From Laetmonice hystrix (lineage: Eukaryota), in the NCBI GenBank assembly GCA_965235115.1, contig OZ249438.1:17980001-18044000 (forward strand): a stretch of DNA of 64,000 bases, written 5' to 3'. A program made the position numbers and the translations under genes. Below are positions 13,725 to 25,500 of this stretch, piece after piece. The notes beneath the pieces were generated by a model, which had not been told where the DNA came from, did not search any database, and saw only the letters and a list, made by a program, of their open reading frames with translations. Numbering within the stretch: position 1 is the stretch's first letter; each line of letters starts with the position of its first letter.

Positions 13725-14163
13725 TTCAAAAACACGGTTGGCATGGCGGCAGGAGGTGTAGAAGTGTTTTCAAAAACACGGTTGGCATGGCGGCAGGAGG
13801 TGTAGAAGTGTTTTCAAAAACACGGTTGGCATGGCGGCAGGAGGTGTAGAAGTGTTTTCAAAAACACGGTTGGCATGGCGGCAGGAGGTGTAGAAGTGTT
13901 TTCAAAAACACGGTTGGCATGGCGGCAGGAGGTGTAGAAGTGTTTTCAAAAACACGGTTGGCATGGCGGCAGGAGGTGTAGAAGTGTTTTTAAAAACACG
14001 GTTGGCATGGCGGCAGGAGGTGTAGAAGTGTTTTTAAAAACACGGTTGGCATGGCAGCAGGAGGTGTAGAAGTGTTTTCAAAAACACGGTTGGCATGGCG
14101 GCAGGAGGTGTAGAAGTGTTTTCAAAAACACGGTTGGCATGGCGGCAGGAGGTGTAGAAGTGT
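13725..14163. repeat. Minisatellite, 44-bp unit, ~10 copies
   Basis: Unit aaaacacggttggcatggcggcaggaggtgtagaagtgttttca; near-identical copies. Confidence 0.97.
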
Positions 14164-15956
14164 ATTCTGTTTAACGTTGTATAAATTGCACAGTTCTCGC
14201 CGGTTCTCTTCCATGTTCTCGGTCGGCTGGTTTGTTGTCCATGGGGAATCGCCAATTGGCGCCGTGTTTAGACTTCACGCAGGCAGAGGGCGGTATGTCA
14301 ACAGTTTGGAGGATAGCCCCAAATCTGGCCACGTGGTGAACCCGAAAATTACCATGCGGCGTCATGCTGCTTGGCCATGGAAGAGCGACCATTCAGTGTC
14401 AAAACGAGTTATATTTAAATGGTCCCTGATTAGCATTTAATGGTGCTGTACGGTTACTCTGACCTTCATCTGGGCCAAAGTCCAGGGCTCTGAGATCAAA
14501 AGGACAGGAAGCGTAATTCCGGAGCTCTGCTCCGAACCTATAAATGGCGGGTCCTACCACTGGAATTAATAGGCCTACATTTGTGGAATTGTTAACGTGA
14601 ATGACATCACAAGCTTTGTTCGTTGCTTCAAGCATCACTGAGCCGAGTCAATTGACTTTTTGCTGCGACTCAGCTCTTGCATTGCCCAGAGTGAAGAATT
14701 TGTAAGGGAACTTTTTCGATGTAGAACATGACACCTCGTTCGTTACCCACACGTGACCATGTTTATTCACCACGTAATCGGTTGTGGTGCCGACATCTCC
14801 ATTCATTCCGCCATTCTATATCTCAATAATATCATTCATTGTTCTATTTATAAATTTTCTAATTAACATATTAAATAAAGCTCGGACTTGGGACGTGAAT
14901 TAACGAAGTCTTGTCGCCATACGGAAATGATGTTATATAGTTTGTGATGGTACTTAGAGTGAGAGGAAATGTTACATTTCCTGGCCATGAAATGACGGTG
15001 GTGAGCCGACCTTTATGGCTGTGCAATTAGGAGCAAATAACGCCTATATATAGGTTGGTAAGGTCCAGTAATTCTCAGCGTACACTTTGATTGAGGCAGA
15101 GCTAGCCGGACAGTGACTGTCTGTATAATGCTTTGTCAGATATACAGGCTGTACTTCAGAGGTTGGCTGTGATGTGAATCTGCCCCATCATCTTTATCCT
15201 GACACAGACTCACTGCCCACGCTGAATAGTGGGACCGGGCGGACAGTAGTAGCTGTGATTACCCAAATCATCGTGTCATGTGAACTGCTTATTTTGCAGG
15301 ACTGTTTTAACACGATGAATGTATTAAATACTATAGCCATTATTGTCCTCAGTTAACCGGCCCAGGATTAAGTATTAGGAGGCCTGGTTGGATTTAAAGG
15401 CGAAGCTACGTGTCAGTTGTAAGAGAAGCTGGGAGTGTATCGTCATGCGGTGTCAGGTTTTCTGTGTCGTTACCACCCGCAGGCGTGAGACACGTGAAAC
15501 ACTCCTTGTGTAGGTGTTGTCGGGTTCACCATAAAGAGTGACCTGTTCTAACGTACGTCTCACAATTATAGTGTCAGCCTGCACACATCACCAACATCTG
15601 TGGATATCCATAAAATTCACCTAAAGTCAAAGGAGGTTTCCGTGTGATAAATAAGTGGGCCAGAGATGGCCAAGTGACAAAGATCTTCAAAGGTAGAGTG
15701 AGGATACAGATCAGTACAGAAAGTTGTTTATTGTACCGGTATTTGTATAACCACAAGGCGGGGGGTGTCTCCAAGTCGGTGTCACCATGTTGATTTGGTA
15801 TCAACTTCGTTTTTACAAATCCTAAAAACAGACGAAGAAAAACTAGATACTTCAGACCCGTTCACAGTGAGAGTAGCTGTTTCTCTGTGGGTTGTGACCT
15901 GGCCAGGGATTGTTAATAGGACGTATAGGTCCCACGGGACCAGGACTAGGACATGT

Positions 15957-16020
15957 CCAAGGTGTGCTGTATATGCCGCAAGGTGTGCTGTATCCAAGGT
16001 GTGCTGTATATGCCGCAGGT
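15957..16020. repeat. Short tandem repeat, 3 copies of caaggtgtgctgtat(atgccg)
   Basis: Read directly; alternating 21-bp and 16-bp spacing. Confidence 0.8.
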
Positions 16021-16425
16021 GGGTTTCAGTCAACCGTCTTTGATGTCCGTCCGATACATGGCCTGCTTTATGACTGTGTAGACCGCCCCAGATGACCAGT
16101 GGCTAATTGTGACCTCGGCTCTCAGTCTGTAGCTATAAACTAGACTTCTTACCGTGGGAACTTTTCGACCTCTGTTCGTAGTTTTAACACGCTTTGTCTT
16201 ATTGGAAAGCTGTTAGATTAAATTTAAACTTCTAAAGTGAGGTAATTAAATGGTTTGCTTATTTTAAATGATTCTTTTAATAAAGGAAGGCCAGGAGCGT
16301 GCTATCCATATTAAAGAAGGCTTGGGGGGAAAAAGGATGGACCAGAAATAATTGACTTAGTTGCACGACGGTTTGCCATCAGGTTGAGATCTAGGTCAAT
16401 CATGTATACGATATTATATCTTCTT

Positions 16426-17774
16426 CACAGATACAGCAAATACATAGAATACACACCCACGGCACAGATACAGCAAATACATAGAATACACACCCACGGC
16501 ACAGATACAGCAAATACATAGAATACACACCCACGGCACAGATACAGCAAATACATAGAATACACACCCACGGCACAGATACAGCAAATACATAGAATAC
16601 ACACCCACGGCACAGATACAGCAAATACATAGAATACACACCCACGGCACAGATACAGCAAATACATAGAATACACACCCACGGCACAGATACAGCAAAT
16701 ACATAGAATACACACCCACGGCACAGATACAGCGAATGCATAATACACACCCACGGCACAGATACAGCGAATATACACACCCACGACACAGATACAGCGA
16801 ATGTATAATACACACCCACGGCACAGATACAGCGAATGTATAATACACACCCACGGCACAGATACAGTGAATGTATAATACACACCCACGGCACAGATAC
16901 AGTGAATGTATAATACACACCCACGGCACAGATACAGCGAATGCATAATACACACCCACGGCACAGATACAGCGAATATATTATAATACACGCCCACGGC
17001 ACAGATACAGTGAATGTATAATACACACCCACGGCACAGATACAGTGAATGTATAATACACACCCACGGCACAGATACAGTGAATGTATAATACACACCC
17101 ACGGCACAGATACAGCAAATACATAGAATACACACCCATGGCACAGATACAGCGAATATATAATACACACCCACGGCACAGATACAGCGAATATACACAC
17201 CCACGGTACAGATACAGCGAATATACACATCCACGGTACAGATACAGCGAATATACACATCCACGGTACAGATACAGCGAATATACACACCCACGGTACA
17301 GATACAGCGAATATACACACCCACGGTACAGATACAGCGAATATATAATACACACCCATAGCACAGATACAGCGAATGTATAATACACACCCACGGCACA
17401 GATACAGCGAATATACACACCCACGGCACAGATACAGTGAATATATAATACACACCCACGGCACAGATACAGCGAATATACACACTCACGGCACAGATAC
17501 AGCGAATATAATACACACCCACGGCACTGATACAGTGAATGTATAGTACACACCCACGGCACTGATACAGTGAATGTATAGTACACACCCACGGCACTGA
17601 TACAGTGAATGTATAGTACACACCCACGGCACTGATACAGCGAATATAATACACACCCACGGCACTGATACAGTGAATGTATTATAATACACACCCACGG
17701 CACAGATACAGTGAATGTATAATACACACCCACGGCACAGATACAGTGAATGTATAGGACACACCCACGGCACA
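16426..17774. repeat. Complex minisatellite, 30-37-bp units, ~39 copies
   Basis: Constant core acacacccacggcacagatacag with variable linkers (caaatacatagaat, tgaatgtataat, cgaatat, tgaatgtatagt). Confidence 0.95.
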
Positions 17775-20547
17775 TTAGACTGTGGTGCATTCTATGAACG
17801 ACATATTATATTGATTGTGTTAGCAGTAGTTGCAGTAGATGGAAATACTACATCGTAATGAATCTTGCATTGACACACAGTTCGTGTTTGTGCATGTAGC
17901 GAATGTTATTATCATCACTACACACGAAACGTTGTTTTCATGACCGGGGATGTATTTTTAAAACCAGTCAATGCATCATGCAACCATGAATGATTTGGAG
18001 TGTGTATGTTTCTTTCATACATTGATGTTTGTTAGCATATTCGGTTACATTGCATGAATGCATACACACGAGTTCCGGTATGGTTTGCTAGCCAGACCTG
18101 AGCTTCTCCTCCCCGAACCTTGCACAATCGCCCCATCACACTAAGTGCAAGTAGTATATGAAATCGGGCCTATGTGGCGGGTACTTCACCCATAGTGCTT
18201 ACGCCTCGGTGCTTGCACAAGCTTCACTGGCTGACTGTTGTGGGCAGGTTGTACTGAGGTCAGCGAGTACACCTTGGCTCCATTTATAGGTGACGCATTC
18301 AACAGTACCAGAGAGCAGATACCTGTGTATAGATCGGTGCAATCCATAAACCGTAACGCTGCATTGATGAACAGTCGAGACTACGCGATAAGGTTTGAAA
18401 CATCCTGTAAAACACTATAATACAACGAAAGGTCTTCCTTCCTTGCTCACCTGTACCACAGAACAGGTTGTGAAACGGTCTACATGAAAGGTAGCAAGTC
18501 TCGAGTACCAAGGCAAGGCAAGGCAAGGGTGGCTCGTTTGGAGAGCAGCTCACTGGGCTGTCATTTGACTCCTGACACCTTATCATTGAGGGCTCCATCA
18601 AGGGCAGAGACAGGGCGGGGATGTTGGAGGGATGGTATTCGATGGGGGTACGAGCATCCATTCATAACTCTGTAGCTGATATGATCGGGTTATATCAGAA
18701 ACAGATATATATCAGGGGGGCTTGGTGACTGGCAGTCGGTATCTGTATAGGGATCAAAGACCCGCCCTCACGTACTCTCGAGGATCTGAGGTAATGTGCA
18801 GCTGGAGGCTGGTGTATCTGTCCAGGCTAGTCGGCAGACAGTGAGCCTCGACCGGCAGGATCAGGATCCATGCCCGCCATTAATCTCATGCAATGAGGGT
18901 TCGAGGCCATAACCAATAGATAGTTCATGGAGAGTGGGTGTGAGGATTGGGTGAGGTATTGTGTAGTGAGTGGCGGGGGAACAGGCGGACCCCTCCAGCC
19001 GTGGCCCTGATCTCAGTCCATGGCTTCACGCGCAGCACGCCTCCACGCTGGGCCCACTCAATCTCATCGCCTGTCAACAGTTCAAACCCGTAAGGCTCTC
19101 GTCGAATCCTCCATTGATTTTGTACACACTCGATTTACGTCTCAGCATTGTGTTTACATTGCGTTCAGTTCAACCACTTTTGTCTTAAAGTGAAAGCTGT
19201 TGTGGAAGTGCTCACCCGCGGCGCTCAAGGCGCGCGGTGCCAAGTTCAGAAGTACTTCAAAAAGGCCTCGTCTACACCAGCCAGAAACAGCGGCATCGAC
19301 GTGCTTGGAAGCCACGAATTACAAACAGTGCTTAGACGCCACACGGTACAAATCTATAGTTGAACCTGGTACTGCTCCCGGTTCTTCATGGAGGCTGGCA
19401 CGACAGCTATCCTTAACTCTGCTCTTAGAAAGACGATCTACCTCTGCCATCTCTATAGCATGTTCGTGTGTAGTTACTAAATAGAGGTCTTTCTGTCCCA
19501 TTGTCAGGTAACAAAAGAGGGCGGGGGGGGGGTATCTAAAAATATATCTCATCGTTCTCGAGGACTCGTTTTTATAGAGGCTCAGTGTATGTACGAGGTG
19601 CAGGTCGGTGGTGGTAGCGGACTCCTGACTGTGTGGAGTGGACCGTAGCCACCAGTGTCGTGTTGTCGTGTGCCGCGCTGGCAGACACGTGAAGCACCCT
19701 CAATGGATCGTGATTACTGAGCATGTATTGACTTGAAAGATGCAATATTGCGATTGTGCCGGTTTATAGCGGCCATAGAGCCAGGTAATGAGGCCACAAC
19801 ACCTTCGGGTTAGAAGTGGATCTCGTGTCCTAACCACGGCACATTGCAATTCACTCCCATCCACTTTGTCTCCCTTAAGGGAATGTTGCAAGCGCTGCGA
19901 AGGTCTATAGTAGCCTCAGGGCCTGTCAACAACCAGTATTGTGTCTGTAGTGAAGGTTGCTACATACCGCTGAAGGATTCTCAGCGCAGCATTGTGCAAG
20001 GGGAAAAAGAGATGTTGCCGAAAAGAATGACTTTATGCACGAATAGAAATGTATGAGTAAGCAAGGGTTGGAAATTATGGCGAATAGAATTAAAATTAAC
20101 ATAGATGTATATAAATGATAGTGTTCCTATTACAGAATAGTTGGTCGAAATGCTGTAGACAGTTAATTGTGGTTGCTTAGCAACCATTTAGATAGCTGCC
20201 CCTTCTTTAAATTGAGGTGGCTTAGATTGTGTGATTAAAGCGAAAACAAGGCATTCCGTTTGATTGGTAATTTTATGTATGCTACCCCACAGTAGGTATA
20301 AATTGTCATCGGAACTATGACTGAAAGTGTTCCATGGCGGGCTTTGTTCAGTAAACAATGGCAGTGTCTACAAGCCGTTCAAATGTTGGAGAACTACATC
20401 ACCAATGGGGCAACGAGACGCGTCTACAAGTTACAATGCTGCCCCAGAAACTGGTCGAGATCCGTCCATGGCACACATCCAGAGAGATACTTTGAAGTTT
20501 CCTGACACAGTTGTAGTTGAGCGACGAACAGGCACCATTTGTGGCAA

Positions 20548-20734
20548 TCATAGGCTGACTAAACGAGGTGACCATGGCAAGATAACAGCACTTCTCACTG
20601 TGCTGCGCCCTGCTAGAAACATTAACACACTGTGAGGTCTGATAATTCTGGGGTGTTGATGGGTCGACTCCATGGCTTTCATCACTCCATCAGTCCAAGC
20701 TGCTGCAGTAGGCAAGCGATGGGCTTTTACTTGG

Positions 20735-20803
<69 letters not shown>

Positions 20804-21138
20804 ACAAAAATGTAAGGGTAGTGCAGCTGCAAAGAGGTAATGGTTCCAGGGACAAAATGGAGGTTTGTGAAATGCTCACATGAGAGAGTGTTGTGCAGCG
20901 ATAAGTGGCCATTGTTGAGCAGCTGGGACAGTGCTGGAGCTCCGGGGACGGAGTGACAGTCGGACAGGCGAGGTAGTGGCTGAGAACATCTGACAGACCA
21001 AACATGTCGAGCGGAAGGAGGAGGAGGAGGGGGATGGACACTTTGTAAGGTTCCCCCAGGTACGGCAAGACGACAGGCTGACGGCCGACTGATAACAGAC
21101 CGGGCTCCACCCCAAACCTTCCTCAGCGTCCCAGTCAC
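20548..21138 (-). CDS. Possible coding exon/ORF (196 aa) with poly-Pro and poly-Ala; no recognised family
   Basis: Longest ORF outside the minisatellites. Low-complexity HPPPPPP and an Ala run of ~22 resemble regulatory proteins, but there is no domain motif and the CAG tract adds stop-free length. Confidence 0.12.
20739..20803. repeat. (CTG)21/(CAG)21 trinucleotide repeat
   Basis: Uninterrupted ctg x21 plus ct. Confidence 0.97.
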
Positions 21139-22506
21139 TCAGCGCACCACTTTAATCTCGTTTACGAGGGATGCAGCGTAATGGCACAGAAATATTTCTG
21201 AATAAAACGAAAAAAAAACAACCCCCGTAGATGGCTGCAGCACGGCTTGCGTCCATGTTGGAGGATACACCAGTAAATCATTGATGGGCTCCAGTGGGCA
21301 CTGTCGTGTTCTCGCTGTCTGCCATCCTTTGTTAGAGCTGAAGATGTACGCCAATCAATGGGATGATTCATTTGTCATGCACAGTGATACATGCATGAGA
21401 TATGAACAATTTGTAGGAAAGCGTGTTGTTTTGGTTTGCGTGTTGCCGACTCGGAGGGCAGACGGTCACATCACCGTCTGTTTGACGTCACGAGCAGTGA
21501 GAAACCATTGTTCATTTCTCGGCCGCAGTCAAACAGATCGTCTCAAGTTCATAACATTATTATCAATATCCAATTATTCAAATCCAAGTACTTACCCATG
21601 ATATATGCGATAAGCTATATTATGATAGCGGCAGTGACGTAGTAAGATTATGGGCTGGGTTGGCTTTGTTACCAGGGTGGCCAAACATTAAAAGCTCTGT
21701 CAGAACTCAAGGATTAAGTTATTGAACGATTTAACAAGCTTCATTGAGCGTTGCTAAACTCTTTCGAGTCTTTTAGAAGGTTGATTCTGTTCCTTAATAC
21801 CTAGACAGCTCCTACTGATCACATGTTCGGTGGAAGAAGGTCCTTGTTGTAGACAAGACCTAAGCTGCTACCTCACCACGTGCTTGTATAAAATGTTTCT
21901 AGGCAACGCAGCGAACGACAGACATGGCTGGTATCATAATGGTCTATTTGTTAGAGATTTGCTGACAGAATCTGAGGGCTGTGCAAGGAACAAGTGATTA
22001 TCTAATGAAAGCCATACCCATTTACTTTGATGCACACTCCATAAATGGTCATGAAACACGGGTTGCCATGGAGATTTAGGTAATTAATTTCGTGGCAGGA
22101 ATTTAGATTGTCTGTGCTGGCCATTGTTACCCCGGTAGTTGCGGGCATGAGTCCGGTGGGGTGCGACGGAAGGCGGGAGGGTACATGGTTTAGGGCATAT
22201 GGGGTGGGGGGGGGGGGGAGACCCCCACCGCACCCAAGTTCTGATGTTGCTGGGTGTTTGTTAGCAATCTGTTAAAAGATGTTATAATCTTCAGTGTTAA
22301 GGGTCGGTCGTTGATATCATGGTCATCCAACGATAGTTAATTACATTATCTAATAGCACTTATAATGATTTATTTAGTTAGCAACAATTTGTGTGTTATG
22401 AATCCGATAACGAAAATGGAGAGTAGAGTCTAAATTATATGTCATCGGCATAAAAGGCGGATTTTGACTGTGGGTGGGTGATTGTCAAGTATTTTGATGA
22501 TGATTC

Positions 22507-22553
22507 AATGTGATTTCACATACAAAATATTATTTTGTATGTGAAGTCACATT
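22507..22553. other. Near-perfect inverted repeat, 22-bp arms, 3-nt loop
   Basis: aatgtgatttcacatacaaaat-att-attttgtatgtgaagtcacatt; one T/G mismatch (a wobble pair if transcribed from +). Confidence 0.9.
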
Positions 22554-25500
22554 AAAGAGGATCATTTTCCAAACTTTGGTCATCATGAACAATTATATTT
22601 GCCTTCATTCTGTAGAATGAGAGATGTTCTACCTATGTTCTCTCAGTATAAGTTTGTAGAACGGGATTGTCGACGTCACGCAAGGAGATGAACAGCTTAC
22701 ACGATGACGTTATCCTGGTGGAGGGTCTGGTTTGGTGGTTGTTCACAGCTTACATAATTGAAAGAAAACACCATCCTTATACGGAATAATTGAAGACGGA
22801 TGTCTTTGATTTGGGACAATTCCTACATGTATTCAGAGCTTGATATCTCTCCCTTTTCTCGTTGAGGTGTTCATCTTTTAAATAGGTGTATCTGGTGTGT
22901 AATCGGGACACCAACCATTTCTCTTTCCTCTTGAATGAAAATTTATCAACAAAATGACTGGCTGAGATGGAAGCATGCATGGAAGCTTTGACTAAAAGTC
23001 TTAGGCTCTGAGCCAACGCTCCGAATTAAAGCGGACATCTCTACACTCAGAGCTATGTATAATAACATGTGGCACAAATCCAGACTGACGACTCGTTTTT
23101 ACCACCTTTTCCAACTCACTGAGACGAACGAGATTGAGTTCTCAGGGTTCCAACACGTGCAGTTCCCAAGTGTCTGACAGTAAAACTTGCCCAAGTTAAC
23201 GTCCTCCTCCAAATGGAGCTAGTCGTATTGGCTGGCCTGGAGAGGATGGGGGCCACTGCTGGTCTCGTATTATTACCGTTCATTCTCTTTTTATCAGCAT
23301 TCATTTGTGTGAAAGACATTGACTGGCTGAGCAAAACGGCAGTAGGCCTATTTTATGGGGAACTTTGTGTGAGAAGATTGAGTCGGCCCAGATTTCAGTG
23401 GGGAGAATGAGAGCTGTATGACACAGTGTGTTCTTGAGTAGGTATAGTCATGGATAAACTGGAGAATGAAACTGGGAGACAATGAAGCAGAGGGACGTCA
23501 AGGCCAGAAAATACCAGACATTTGTCAGGAATGTGACAAGTCCAATATCTGGGGGTTATAATTGACCACAGATGTCTTTACGCCGTTATTTCCCACACAC
23601 ATACGGCCACCTTGGTCTGTGTTCGTTGATCTAGGCTGACACAGCCTTCAGGCCTGGATAAAACCGTCCCTCATCTTCTGTCTCCTGGCGCGCCTGGCAG
23701 CATCTGACGCAGCCACCTTCAGAAAAAGTCAGCTCAGCCTCTGCAGCCAGCTACAGCAGCCGGTCATATTTGAGACACTTCAAAGTTTCCCACACCGTCA
23801 CCGGCGGACAGGGGTCATGACCTCAGACTGCCAAGGCACTATTTCATGGAGGCCGTCCAGAAACGACTTGTCTTCTATCGTTATACTCTGAGAACGACTG
23901 CGTACTGTTGGTCGTCTAGGATTCATGACCGTAACGTCACAAAGGTCCCTGTGAATGTCAATGACTTCTCTCTGAATACAAGCTGTACGTATTGTCCAAA
24001 ATAATGGGATTAATACAACAGTAATTTGAATATCGAAGTTAATCATCGATCATGGTCCACAGGACACCTTGAATTCTGAGTCACTCATCCGTGGTCAAGA
24101 TGACCCTGTGGGTGACCTCAAGGAAGAAACCAGAAAACAGATGCGGTACAATTAGAAGTAGTGGACCAGAACCGTCGACCCTCGTTGATCTTTGATGGAA
24201 GGGTCGGGTGGTAAAAATAGATGGCACTGTCATACAAATACCATTGAAGGAGAGGCCGTCATTTTGTATTATTCTCCCCGGCCAGTTTTGTACAGTTCAT
24301 TCAACCATGACCATCATTATGCACCTCTTTTTATTTCATCTGAATAAATAGCCCTCAGCGCTATCAATGCTATTTTCAATTAATGCGCGATATTTGGTAA
24401 GTTTCCACCCAATGTTTACGAAAACGTATCTTGTATCATATTTTGATACCTGAGATTCGTAGGAGAGGCCATGGAATGAGAGGCTATTCCAGTATGGGAT
24501 CTTGAGTGGTTTTACGATATAATTACCAGAATTGAGTGTCGGTAAATGTGTGTAACTGTGTTTTCTCACAGAGATGAGAAAATGCAGTGCCAGAGAGGTA
24601 TAAATTGGGATTCCTCATCCCACCTATGGATTCCAAGGTCAGACTGAGGTCACCAACTGCACAGTCTTCAAGCTCTATGATAACACCTTCGGAATTCAGA
24701 GTATCACTCGGCGGGAAGAGCGAGTAGCCGGCACACAGACAGATGAATTAACCTAAACCACCCCACTTCACTGGTATTCTCCCTTGAACCACTTCAAAGC
24801 TGGCTGGTTAAGGATTTCATCCACATACTTCACTCTTTGCACAACGCCGCCACATGACCCCTTCATAGACTGGTGTCACCCACCCGGTTTGTCTGCTCCC
24901 ATATAAGGAAGAAAATTCGCTTTGGTACAGCTAGCGAAAAAATATCGAATGCGAGTGATAAAATAAATAAGCTCTCCCTTTTTCAAAGGAAGACAGATTT
25001 CTTCTTAAGTGGAGCAGTAAGATAGAGATGGTAAGCTGTGGTATTGAGTCGTCCCGCTCACTGAATAGTTCTGCCCCATGGCTGTTGAGGTGGTATTGGG
25101 AAGGAAGGGTGGCGATAGTCGAGGATATCGAAGGCCTGCCAGTAGGTTTCAATAGCTGATTTAGGGGGAGCGCGAACACCACTCCCCCAAGTCAATTTCC
25201 AATAGTGGTGCGAATATGATGCCAGGAAAAAGGTCTCAGTATCATACAAGATATTACTTCGTAAGTATTAATACGCATGTTCTTAATTACCCCTCTCCCA
25301 TTTTAGGCTCCATCCCTGTGCGTGTAATCTATTATAAACTGTATCAGTAGTATTCATAAATCGTGAATCTACCCGTAATAGGAGCAGCTGAAATGTTGCC
25401 ACCTCGCCTGTTATGAAGAATGAGGTAGAGGTACCTTTAAAGGCCAACTCTCTGGGGGTTGATCGTCTACAGTAACAACCCGCCCCAAACCAGCCAACCA

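Noticed and set aside
16400-17790. Cys/Tyr/Val-rich ORFs up to 411 aa on the minus strand
   Set aside because: Several frames are open at once inside a variable-length minisatellite, with no unique coding flanks.
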